64,000 nt of DNA from Pseudomonadota bacterium (lineage in GTDB: Bacteria; Pseudomonadota; Alphaproteobacteria; UBA1280; RI-95). Numbering within the stretch: position 1 is the first letter of the stretch; the number at the start of each line of letters is the position of its first letter. Below the pieces are notes generated by a model. The model ran no database searches, was not told the origin of the DNA, and saw only the letters and a program-made list of their open reading frames with translations. The DNA lies in assembly GCA_016125375.1 (NCBI GenBank), contig WGLU01000007.1:68499-132498 (forward strand). Direction: 5' to 3'. A program made the translations under genes and the position numbers. This document shows, in pieces, positions 18,295-26,765 of the stretch.

Positions 18295-18796
18295 TGACGG
18301 TCTCCGGGTTGTACACATAAACAAAGCCTTTAATCTGAATCATGCGCTGGTTGGGCTCAGGCTCGGCACCGGAGGGAAGGGACAGGCAGCCGAAGCACGC
18401 ACTGAAAAGCACAAAGCCGTTCATGTTCTCCAGTTTGTTCACCAGGCGCAGGCCGGTCACAAAGTCTGTCAGGCCCGTAATCTCGAAGTTGTGGCGGTAG
18501 AAAAAGCGGTTGTCCTGAGAGTTTGGGTCCGCTTCGCTGGTATATTTGAACTCAACGTTTTTGGGCAGCTCAATTGCACGTTCAATGTTCAGCTTCTGGT
18601 CTTCGCCTTTTTTAAGGGTGACTTCCTTGATGGCTTCAATTTTTTTGGCAAACTTTCCGGCTTCCTGCTTGTCGCGGATTGCCTGAGCCAGCTGATTACG
18701 CTGAACTTTGATGCCGTTAAGATTTTCCATGAACTGGAACCCGCCAACAATAAGGGCAAAGGCGGAGAGAATCAGACCAATCGTGAACTGAATCAT
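18281..18796 (-). CDS. N-terminally membrane-anchored operon protein (GspM/PilO-like topology, 171 aa)
   Basis: A single N-terminal TM helix (IQFTIGLILSAFALIVGGF) is followed by a coiled-coil and a beta-rich C-terminus. The topology resembles assembly-platform components. There is no sequence-family match. Confidence 0.45.
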   Translation of the reverse strand: MIQFTIGLILSAFALIVGGFQFMENLNGIKVQRNQLAQAIRDKQEAGKFAKKIEAIKEVTLKKGEDQKLNIERAIELPKNVEFKYTSEADPNSQDNRFFYRHNFEITGLTDFVTGLRLVNKLENMNGFVLFSACFGCLSLPSGAEPEPNQRMIQIKGFVYVYNPETVNAPS

Positions 18797-19941
18797 TTTT
18801 GTTCTCCTTCCTCTTTAGGCTCTGCCTTGGCGGCCTGGCCGGGTTTCATGGTTTCGTTAATCATGCGCTGTTCCTGGGTATGCTTGCGAATTTGTTCGTC
18901 CAGCGTGCTCAGCACAACCAGCCCTTCCAATGTCAGGTCTTCGCGGTTGACAGGGGGTTTACGGATTTCCGCCATGGTCACACTCTGCTTCAGCAGTTCT
19001 TTCGCTATCGGTTCCTGTTCCAGATAGCTCTTGTAGGCTTTCGGCATAGAGGTAATGGTGACCAGCGCAATATCACTTGGCTGGTTTGGTGTGGGGTTTT
19101 CTACTTTAAAGTCGTGCACTTTAAAGTCAGCATTATGCACGGCCATCGCGATATCTTTCAGCACGGTAGAGTACAGATAGCGGTAGCGCATAAACTGTTC
19201 CTGCTCCTGCACACGGCTGATAATCTGGCGGAAGTTGTCGCCAAAGCCGCTTTCCTGTCGGGCAATGGCGACCTGACGGCGGAGGTTGATGACCTCCTGC
19301 TCCTGATCTGTGGTCAGGTAGTACATACCCCCAGCAATGCCCATGCCGATCAAAAGAACATGGAAACCATACCGCTCCTGAATGGTGGGTTTGTTCAACC
19401 ACATGTTCGTATCGAGGGGGACAGACTCCAGTGGCTCAAAAGTAGCATCCAGTTCGGATGTTTTCTCGTTCTTCCAGTTTGTGTAAACCGTTTTCTTGGT
19501 TGTTTTTGGGTACGCCTTGAAAACCTGCTGCAGGTCTTTAACCCATGTTTCTTCAGAGGTGGGCTGGATATAACTGTCGTTAATGTCCCAGTGGAAGATA
19601 ACGTCGGCAGCAATCATGGCATTCAGAGTGTTCGGCGGTGTTTTGCTGGCGCGACAAAAGTCAAACAACGCAATATTCCGCCCATGGTGCATGAGCAGCA
19701 TCTGGTCTTCTTCATGGTCTGTGGGGCTTAAGGCGGCGGCAGGGTCAACATCCGCACCGTCAATATCGCGCGGTGCAAAAAAGCCGAGCATCAGGTTGCG
19801 GCGGCTTTGATCGTCTGTCAGGTCTTTCCAGTTGTCGGCAAACAGCACCTCACCGTTTTCAGGGTAGTACTCTACGCGGTTCAAGCCCACAAAGCAGCGG
19901 TTCTTGAAGCGGGTAATGTTGACTTTTGGTGCTGTAGCCAT
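18793..19941 (-). CDS. Bitopic operon protein (382 aa) with ~190-aa cytoplasmic domain, one central TM helix and periplasmic domain (GspL/PilM-N-like architecture)
   Basis: The central hydrophobic segment HVLLIGMGIAGGMYYLTT splits two soluble domains. It lies immediately downstream of the GspF-like gene, as GspL does in T2SS operons. Confidence 0.45.
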   Translation of the reverse strand: MATAPKVNITRFKNRCFVGLNRVEYYPENGEVLFADNWKDLTDDQSRRNLMLGFFAPRDIDGADVDPAAALSPTDHEEDQMLLMHHGRNIALFDFCRASKTPPNTLNAMIAADVIFHWDINDSYIQPTSEETWVKDLQQVFKAYPKTTKKTVYTNWKNEKTSELDATFEPLESVPLDTNMWLNKPTIQERYGFHVLLIGMGIAGGMYYLTTDQEQEVINLRRQVAIARQESGFGDNFRQIISRVQEQEQFMRYRYLYSTVLKDIAMAVHNADFKVHDFKVENPTPNQPSDIALVTITSMPKAYKSYLEQEPIAKELLKQSVTMAEIRKPPVNREDLTLEGLVVLSTLDEQIRKHTQEQRMINETMKPGQAAKAEPKEEGEQK

Positions 19942-19950
19942 GGGTTGTCC

Positions 19951-21048
19951 CTAGTTTTGCGCAAACACAATTGAAAGCATTTCCATCAACATGACGGCAC
20001 CGCCGGCAATCCAGAGGAAGGCTGAAGTGACGCCAACGAATCTGCTGTTGGCATCCGTCAGAAGGCGGTCAAGAATGGTGTAGGCGTGGTCCATGCCCTC
20101 CACCATCACGTCGTTGATGCCGTCCGTGTTACCGGCATAGTTCTCGGACACTTTTACAGGTGTCACGGCAATAGGCGGGAAGCCGGCCTTGTCCATTGCA
20201 TCAGACATTTGCCCACCGGCAGTAATCACCTGGTTGAACATGTCAATCCGTCGGCGGAGCACAACGTTGGTGGCTAACGCTTCCATAATCGGAATCATCT
20301 GCTTCGGTTTTACACCGCTTCGGATAAGGTGCGGAAAGTACAGCAACATGTTTGTATAAACTTTGTAGGAGGTGTACTTGCCAAGCAGGGGCACTTTCAG
20401 CAGGTAAAAGTCCAGCCAAAAGCGCCCTTGTGTGGTGCGGATCATGGAGTAGGACACAATAATAAAAATGACAAGGAAAGCGGCAATAAAGTGCCAGTGC
20501 GCAGCTACGCCGTGGGTAAAGTTCATCACGAACTCTGACACCATGTTCGGGTCCTTGCCCTGTGCCTTACGCATCTGCATCAGGTTGGGCAGGGTGTTCA
20601 GACCTGTGTTGAAAATAGACGCAAACGACAGCAGCAGCATGGCAATAGGCGTGAAAAGCTCGGCAAAGCCTGCCCGTTGCGATTCCATTTTCTTATCTTC
20701 CAGCTTACGCAGAACCGAGAAGGCCTCGTACATGTTGTTGGAGGCCTCGCCAGCCATAATCGCGGCACGGTGAATGTCGGTAAACAGGATGTATTCGATC
20801 TCGGCGGCCTTGCTCAGGCTTTTGCCTTGCGCCACCTTCTGGGCGATAGCCAGGAGGCCGGAAGAAATATCGTCTTTGCCTTCGGTTTTGAAGGCTTTTG
20901 CAACGGCACGCAGACCGGACTCCGAGGTCTGGCCCGACCGGAGCATCTGTGCCATAAGGAAGAACAGCCTTTCCCGGTCCGCCATGGAAACATCGCGGAC
21001 TTTGGGCCCAAGGCCGCTACTCCCGGTGAATATTTTCGAGATCTGCAC
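19951..21048 (-). CDS. Type II secretion / type IV pilus inner-membrane platform protein (GspF/PilC family)
   Basis: 365 aa with three TM helices. It has two repeated T2SSF cytoplasmic domains (LRSGQTSESGLRAVAKAF..., LIRSGVKPKQMIPIMEALATNV...). Confidence 0.85.
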   Translation of the reverse strand: MQISKIFTGSSGLGPKVRDVSMADRERLFFLMAQMLRSGQTSESGLRAVAKAFKTEGKDDISSGLLAIAQKVAQGKSLSKAAEIEYILFTDIHRAAIMAGEASNNMYEAFSVLRKLEDKKMESQRAGFAELFTPIAMLLLSFASIFNTGLNTLPNLMQMRKAQGKDPNMVSEFVMNFTHGVAAHWHFIAAFLVIFIIVSYSMIRTTQGRFWLDFYLLKVPLLGKYTSYKVYTNMLLYFPHLIRSGVKPKQMIPIMEALATNVVLRRRIDMFNQVITAGGQMSDAMDKAGFPPIAVTPVKVSENYAGNTDGINDVMVEGMDHAYTILDRLLTDANSRFVGVTSAFLWIAGGAVMLMEMLSIVFAQN

Positions 21049-22732
21049 TGAAGAAACGCTCCAGTTCTTCTACACTTGTGATACCACTTTTGACGTGGCG
21101 CAAACCGTTACCCAGCATATCGACCATACTGCCGCTGTTGAGTGCCTGTTCACGTACCACATCAATCCAGTCCGGGCGCAGTCGGTTGCCCGACCAAACG
21201 TTCCGGGTTACTTCCTTCCGCCACAGCTCCAGCACTTCCTCCAGCGCGATACGTCCAATGTATCCGCGGTAGTGGCAGTGCTCGCAGCCGTTGTGGTTCT
21301 GTTTGTAAATGACGTCGCCTTCGGCGAACTTGACGATTTTGGGGCGTACTGCCTTCATGCCTTCGGCGAACTGTCCGTGCAGTTCAATCGGCACCTTGCA
21401 TTTGGGGCACAGGCGACGGACCAGACGCTGCGCGACAATACCACGCACGTTGGAGAAGATCTGTTCTGCGGGCACGCCCCGCTGCAGCAGACGGTCAAGA
21501 CACATGAACGTATCGTTGGCGTGCAGGGTTGTAATAACAAGGTGACCAAGGTTACCGGCGTCGATACAACGGCGGGTATCCTCGGGGCTACGCACCTCAC
21601 CGATGTACAGCACATCGGGGTCCAGACCCAGTGCGGCATACATGAAGGATTCAAGGTTCAGACCTGCACTCAGGTCCTCTTCGGTCTGGATAACGTTATC
21701 CATCCGTTCCTCGATCTGTTTCTCGTAAGAAATCACGTTCTGGCCGGGACGCTGACCGCGACGGATGGTCATACGGGCGGCGGTTGATTTACCCGCACCG
21801 GTCGGGCCGCAGAAGATGATACACCCTTCCTCGAACTTCATCAGCTGGTCGAGCTTTTTAAAGGTTTGCTCGCTGTAGCCGAAATCCTCCAGCTTGCCTT
21901 CAAACGGGCGCATGTAACGCATGGCCAGTTTGGCGGTTCCTTCCAGAGAGATAGGCTGCGTCGTGTAACGAATGTCCACACGTTCACGGCTTGAAATCTC
22001 GAACGTCATACGGCCGTAGAGAGGCTTTTTATAGTTCTCTGCACGTACACCGGCAATGTGGCGCAGACGGCCGAGGACGCGTTCGTACACCTCGATCGGC
22101 AGGGCAACCAGTTCTTCCAGTTCGCCGTCAAATCGGGCCATAACTGTGGGTTTACGGTTCAGGATCTCGATGTGCAAGTCGGATGCGCCGTTTTTGTAGG
22201 CGGTACGGATAATCTCGTCCGTGAGCGAGATGATGGCATCGTCGTTACCGGCGTTAATCTGTGCATAAGCGTTTTCCACAAGGAACTTGAGGGAGTGACC
22301 CTCGCGTTTGCTCATCCGTTCGATGGCGTCTTCGATAGATTTGGCCGGTGCCCAGATGAACTCGTGCTTGTTTTTGCGGTTACGCAGCACGATTTCGCTC
22401 ACCAGGCGTTTGTTCGGCAAGTCGGCAGCAACCCATGTCACCGTGCCGCGGCCCAGCTCGATAGGGCAGGCGGTGTAGTGGAGCATAAACTCCCGGGTGA
22501 TGCCTTCAATCTGGTGGGGGGTGATTTTACCCATCTCGGCAGCGGATTTAACCGGAAAATCATAGGCGATGGCGCGGTAGCGGGACTGTTGTGCCTCGGT
22601 CAACTTACCGGATTTACCAAGTGCTTCGATAAGCGCATCCGGGTTTTTCTGCACAGTAACAGGGAGCGACTGCAAGTCGCTGATGGTGACCACCTGATCA
22701 CTAATCATCAGGTCAACAATATCCATCCCCAT
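21017..22732 (-). CDS. Type II secretion / type IV pilus assembly ATPase (GspE/PilB family, with tetracysteine zinc motif)
   Basis: N-terminal T2SSE_N-like region, ASDLHIE, Walker A FCGPTGAGKST, Asp box GEVRSPED, His box TTLHAN, and CPKC...CEHC zinc site. It overlaps the GspF start by 32 nt. Confidence 0.9.
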   Translation of the reverse strand: MGMDIVDLMISDQVVTISDLQSLPVTVQKNPDALIEALGKSGKLTEAQQSRYRAIAYDFPVKSAAEMGKITPHQIEGITREFMLHYTACPIELGRGTVTWVAADLPNKRLVSEIVLRNRKNKHEFIWAPAKSIEDAIERMSKREGHSLKFLVENAYAQINAGNDDAIISLTDEIIRTAYKNGASDLHIEILNRKPTVMARFDGELEELVALPIEVYERVLGRLRHIAGVRAENYKKPLYGRMTFEISSRERVDIRYTTQPISLEGTAKLAMRYMRPFEGKLEDFGYSEQTFKKLDQLMKFEEGCIIFCGPTGAGKSTAARMTIRRGQRPGQNVISYEKQIEERMDNVIQTEEDLSAGLNLESFMYAALGLDPDVLYIGEVRSPEDTRRCIDAGNLGHLVITTLHANDTFMCLDRLLQRGVPAEQIFSNVRGIVAQRLVRRLCPKCKVPIELHGQFAEGMKAVRPKIVKFAEGDVIYKQNHNGCEHCHYRGYIGRIALEEVLELWRKEVTRNVWSGNRLRPDWIDVVREQALNSGSMVDMLGNGLRHVKSGITSVEELERFFSADLENIHRE

Positions 22733-22934
22733 GTCCTCCTGCGGCGCCCGTCTTATTACGTTGTTTTGCGCCCCCGATAAACCGCTTTATCAAACGTGCC
22801 TAAAGGTTTGTATTTTTTATCCTAACACAGCTTATCGGCGGGCTGTAACCCTTTTTCAAATCGCAAAACACAAGGCCACTGCCGGCGTACCGGCAGTGGC
22901 CTGGTTTGTAACGTCAGGCTGTTGCCAATACGTC

Positions 22935-23546
22935 TTAGCTACGTGTACGCGACAGCAGGTAAGCAACTGTCTCGTTGTCACCTGGCGAGCAGGTGCTGTC
23001 GTAACGGAAGTTACCGGTGTTACCAGTGCCGCCGGTACCATCGATTTTCTTCTCCAAATCGCCAGCAATCTCGCACGGTACGGACGACAAGGTCAGCCAC
23101 TTGCCGCTGATACCGGCAGAGGTGTTGATGGCGGACGGTGTCCAGTTGGCATCAATACGACCGTCACGCAGGGCGAACACGCCGTAGCCGGCAGTGTGCG
23201 TGTTGGTGGCGATTGTAATGTAGGGCCCGTTCCAGTTCAGGGTGCTGTTTGCGTCAGCATACAGGTTCTGGAAGCCCACACCGGTACCGGTGGTGTTCGG
23301 GGCGGTGGAACTGGTGTCTTGCGGCACGTCCACACCCGTGTCGAACACGAAGTTGATGTAGCCTTTGGAAATGTTGTCAAACTCGGTCAGTACGCCGGTA
23401 ACCCGGGTATCACGAACCGCCGAGAACACAGCCACACCGGCAATCGCCGAGAGGCCTGCGAAAATGGCCAGAGCCACACGGGCGTCCAGACCAAACATCG
23501 CGCCGCGCTGTGAGCGCAGCTCTTGAGATACGTTCTTCATAAACAT
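22935..23546 (-). CDS. Major pilin-like protein (first gene of the operon), leader MFMKNVSQELRSQRG/AMFGLDARVALAIFAGLSAIAGV, Gly/Thr/Asn-rich globular domain with C-terminal Cys pair
   Basis: Class-III-signal-like organisation: a charged leader ending in G, then a ~21-aa hydrophobic helix. Two Cys near the C-terminus (VPCE...DSTCSPG). The AAGGAG SD favours the start at 23546. Confidence 0.6.
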   Translation of the reverse strand: MFMKNVSQELRSQRGAMFGLDARVALAIFAGLSAIAGVAVFSAVRDTRVTGVLTEFDNISKGYINFVFDTGVDVPQDTSSTAPNTTGTGVGFQNLYADANSTLNWNGPYITIATNTHTAGYGVFALRDGRIDANWTPSAINTSAGISGKWLTLSSVPCEIAGDLEKKIDGTGGTGNTGNFRYDSTCSPGDNETVAYLLSRTRS

Positions 23547-23719
23547 GGTCATGCTCCTTACATCGGACCGTTATTCTGGGCCTGTTGAGTCAGGCTTAAT
23601 ATTTTTTTCTAGGTATTCCCCATACCACTACTTTATAGCAAGGGTTGCAAGTCAAGCAGCTGAACGTGGCTGACAGGACAAATATATCCGAACACCTGTT
23701 GCCTTTTTGCAATAATAAC

Positions 23720-23746
23720 ATAAAAAACCCGCCGAAGCGGGTTTTC
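23720..23746 (-). terminator. Rho-independent terminator of the cytochrome c gene (AAAACCCGC-CGAA-GCGGGTTTT + T-run on minus strand)
   Basis: A 9-bp stem 22 nt downstream of the stop at 23768. The A6 run at 23722-23727 supplies the T-tail on the minus strand. Confidence 0.75.
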
Positions 23747-23767
23747 ATTATCTCAAGGCAGGGAGCC

Positions 23768-24313
23768 TTAGTCTTTCAGCGTTTTCAGGTACGCGATGAT
23801 GTGGGCACGCTCTTCCGGCTTGCGGATAGACAGCGACATTTTGGTGCCTGGCATATAGTCTTTCGGGCTGGCCAGGAACTCAAAAATCATCTCGGGCTTC
23901 CAAGTTTCGCCAGCTTCGTGTTTCTTGGCGAAAGATGCTGTGTACGAGAAGTCATCGCGGTGTGCAACCTTGGAACCAACAACACCCCACAGGTTAGGAC
24001 CGGTTTTGTTAGGGCCGCCTTTTTCAAAGGTGTGGCAGGCTTTGCATTTGTTGGCGATTTTGGCGCCAATGGCAGGGTCGCCGGCAACCAGCAGGGCGTC
24101 AACATCAACGGGTTTATCGTCATGCTTTGCGGCAGCGCCTTCGCCGGCTTCGGCAGTTTCAGGTGCAAGTGCGGCCAGCACAGGATTCATTTCGGCCTTA
24201 CCGTGCTCGGGCAGCAGGTGGCCGGTCGTGGCAAAATGGCCGGAGAAATAAACAATTGCAAACAGGTCCGCGGCCAGCACGGTCACAATAAACACACGCA
24301 TGAGGTTTTTCAT
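23768..24313 (-). CDS. Membrane-anchored mono-haem cytochrome c (CycM-like)
   Basis: CKACH haem-binding motif and N-terminal TM anchor (LMRVFIVTVLAADLFAIVYF). Start at MKNLMRV (24313) with a GGGGG SD. Confidence 0.8.
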   Translation of the reverse strand: MKNLMRVFIVTVLAADLFAIVYFSGHFATTGHLLPEHGKAEMNPVLAALAPETAEAGEGAAAKHDDKPVDVDALLVAGDPAIGAKIANKCKACHTFEKGGPNKTGPNLWGVVGSKVAHRDDFSYTASFAKKHEAGETWKPEMIFEFLASPKDYMPGTKMSLSIRKPEERAHIIAYLKTLKD

Positions 24314-24448
24314 CAGGTACCCCCCGGGGCATAATAGATTTATTTTGCTTTTGGTCCGTCTCTTAACACGTGCGTTAAGAGCAACTGCCAAAATATAGGC
24401 GCAAGGTAGATTGTTCGTCAACCGTTTTACCATTAGCATGGTACGGGT

Positions 24449-25282
24449 ATGAAGAACGCGCCAACGCACATCATCATGGGAAGAATTGTCGGCCTCGCTG
24501 CGGGGTTGTTTATGTTCGCCGACCTTGTTCCCGCCGTTTTATGCATTATTGTCGGGCTGGCGTGTGACATTCTGTATGCCAGATATATTTTCCCGCTGCG
24601 TTACCGGGACATCCTTCTGCAGGATTACAGTGTGGCCGTGATCGAGCTGTGCGCAAAAATGTGCAAGTCTGACGGTGTGGTGACAAAGGAAGAAATAGAA
24701 GCCTTCCGGCGCAGGCTGATGATTGATGCGCAGGACATGACCATCGTGTCGGCCATTTTTAACAAAGCCAAAAAGAGTGCCCTGGGTTTTGAGGTGCAGG
24801 CGGCAAAAATCCACAGCATTTTACGGACGAGTCCGCAGCAGTTGCTGGCGATCATCGAAGTGCTGTACGAGATTGCCCTTTCGGACAATTTTGTGGCCCC
24901 GGGTGAGCGTAACTTTATCATCAAAGTGGGGCAGGTGTTTGGCTTGACGCCGCTGCAACTGAACGAGATAGAACGCCGCCTTGCTGTTGGCGCCCGCCAG
25001 ACCTCGGAAGGGGCGCGCAATTATGAGCAGTCGTTCGAGCAGGAAGAGGGGAACAACCCGTACCAGAAGTCGGCCATCAGCGGTAAGGACCCCCTCAAGA
25101 TTCTGGGCGTGAAAGACGGTGCCAGCAAGGAAGAGGTAAAGCGTGCGTACCGTAAGCTGGTCGCCAAATACCACCCGGATAAGGTCCGCGGCGATGGTGC
25201 CAGCCAGAAAGAGATCGACCGCGCGGAAGAGAAAATGACCGAGCTGAATGCCGCCTATGCGGCGTTAATGAAGCGCCTGTAG
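24449..25282 (+). CDS. djlA: Co-chaperone DjlA-like protein (N-terminal TM, TerB-like middle domain, C-terminal J domain)
   Basis: The TM helix at the N-terminus and the C-terminal ILGVKDGASKEEVKRAYRKLVAKYHPDK... (HPD) match the DjlA architecture. Confidence 0.7.
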   Translation: MKNAPTHIIMGRIVGLAAGLFMFADLVPAVLCIIVGLACDILYARYIFPLRYRDILLQDYSVAVIELCAKMCKSDGVVTKEEIEAFRRRLMIDAQDMTIVSAIFNKAKKSALGFEVQAAKIHSILRTSPQQLLAIIEVLYEIALSDNFVAPGERNFIIKVGQVFGLTPLQLNEIERRLAVGARQTSEGARNYEQSFEQEEGNNPYQKSAISGKDPLKILGVKDGASKEEVKRAYRKLVAKYHPDKVRGDGASQKEIDRAEEKMTELNAAYAALMKRL

Positions 25283-25284
25283 CG

Positions 25285-25635
25285 CTACTCTTGCGGGCAG
25301 GGGGCAAAGCGCCACGGACCCGTGGCAATGTCTGCCGGCTTCAGAACGTCTGTCCCGCCTACGCGCAGCACGATACCGTCATGCGCACCCACCAGGTGGG
25401 TGACATATTCCAATTGCATTTTCAGATCGCCCGGATAGGGCAGGTCGGCGCCATCGCCCTCGGTATCGCTGCCTGTCAGGTAAAGCGATGTACCGTCCGA
25501 GGCAAAATGCATCACCACGGGCGTGTGCGACAGGGAGTGTGTAAAGCTGATGTCGAAGGTCTTCTCCGGCAGGGGGATGCGGGCGATTACGGGGCCTTGC
25601 AGCAGGCTGGCGCAGAGCAGAAGCGGTGTCATCAT
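25285..25635 (-). CDS. Small secreted hypothetical protein (116 aa) translationally coupled to the TAXI binding-protein gene
   Basis: N-terminal signal-like MMTPLLLCASLLQGPVIA. Its ATG overlaps the TAXI stop (ATGA). Confidence 0.45.
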   Translation of the reverse strand: MMTPLLLCASLLQGPVIARIPLPEKTFDISFTHSLSHTPVVMHFASDGTSLYLTGSDTEGDGADLPYPGDLKMQLEYVTHLVGAHDGIVLRVGGTDVLKPADIATGPWRFAPCPQE

Positions 25636-26690
25636 TCAGTTTGTCCTGTTGGCGTTGGGCTGAGGCCCTTTTCACGGTAATAGCGGGCGGCACCCGGATG
25701 CATGGGCACAGCCAGTGCAAAAAAGGCCGTGTCGGTCGTAACCTCTTTCCCCTTGGGATGCAGACGCAAAAGTGTCTGCGTATGGGGTGCCCAGAGGGCA
25801 GTTGTCAGGTCATAGACCAGTTTGTCCGGCAGATCGGCCCGGACCAGCAGTTGCGCACCGAGGCCGACGGTCTCCCACGGCTTTTTCAGGCCGTAAGTTC
25901 CCGCAGGCAGGGTTACCTTATCAAAAAACAGGAATCTATCCAGCAGAGTTTGACGCAGGTCGCCCGCAATAGGCACAGGGGTGATGCCCTTATGCATCAG
26001 CTTTTTGACCTGGGGCGAGGGTGTGGGCGCGACGAAGAACAGCGCGTCGATGAGGCCTTTTTCCAGTCGATCGATGCTTTCCTCGAAGGTTAGATACTGG
26101 GGGACGATTTCGTTCAGGCTCATATTCTCGCCGCTCAGGACGGCACGGGCATCTTCCAGTGTGCCGGAGCCGTTCAGGCCGACGCCGACCAAGTGACCGC
26201 GCAGGTCTCTGATAGACTTGATGCCGCTGTCCGTGCGGGCGACCAGATGCAGATTCTCGCTGAAGAGCGTGGCAACAAAGCGGACGTTGGTATGGGCCTT
26301 GTCGAACAGGCCGGAACCCGTATAGCCCCAGAAGGCCGCGTCGGACTGGACGATGGCACCGTCCACCACACCACTCTCGAGCGCCGCCATGTTGGACAGG
26401 GAGGCGTTGGCGCTGAGCGGAATAACCACCAGCCCCGGCACGCCGCAGGCACCGCCCTCGGCACACGGGCGTGAACCGGCAGGGTTGGACAGCCCCTGCG
26501 CCAACAGGCCGCCGATGGGGTAATAGTTGCCGCCGATGCCACCGGTGGCGAGCTTGAAGTAGACATTCCCTTCCTTGCGTTCCGGCAACGCCGCATGCAG
26601 GCCGTCCTGTGCGGTTGCGGTCTGGGGGGCAAGGAGCATCCATGCACTGAGAAAGGTCGCCAAAAAAGTCATAGCCAGAGCATAGCCCAT
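25632..26690 (-). CDS. TRAP transporter solute receptor, TAXI family (periplasmic binding protein)
   Basis: TAXI hallmark GNVYFKLATGGIGGNYYPIGGLLA, plus a C-terminal ...AARYYREKG. The ORF track (25632..27035) was trimmed to MGYALAMTFLATFLSAWMLLAPQTATA (signal peptide) at 26690. Confidence 0.8.
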   Translation of the reverse strand: MGYALAMTFLATFLSAWMLLAPQTATAQDGLHAALPERKEGNVYFKLATGGIGGNYYPIGGLLAQGLSNPAGSRPCAEGGACGVPGLVVIPLSANASLSNMAALESGVVDGAIVQSDAAFWGYTGSGLFDKAHTNVRFVATLFSENLHLVARTDSGIKSIRDLRGHLVGVGLNGSGTLEDARAVLSGENMSLNEIVPQYLTFEESIDRLEKGLIDALFFVAPTPSPQVKKLMHKGITPVPIAGDLRQTLLDRFLFFDKVTLPAGTYGLKKPWETVGLGAQLLVRADLPDKLVYDLTTALWAPHTQTLLRLHPKGKEVTTDTAFFALAVPMHPGAARYYREKGLSPTPTGQTE

Positions 26691-26765
26691 GCGGCCTGAC
26701 CTGCAAAGGGGGCCCAAGAAAATTGTCAACGGTATCGCCGCTCTGGTATGCTGCTGAAAAACAGG

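Noticed and set aside
23553-23718. Sigma54-type or other specific promoter upstream of the pilus-like operon
   Set aside because: TTGC/GGCA-containing strings are present, but in the wrong order and spacing for a -24/-12 promoter. No convincing sigma70 -35/-10 pair with 16-18 nt spacing was found either.
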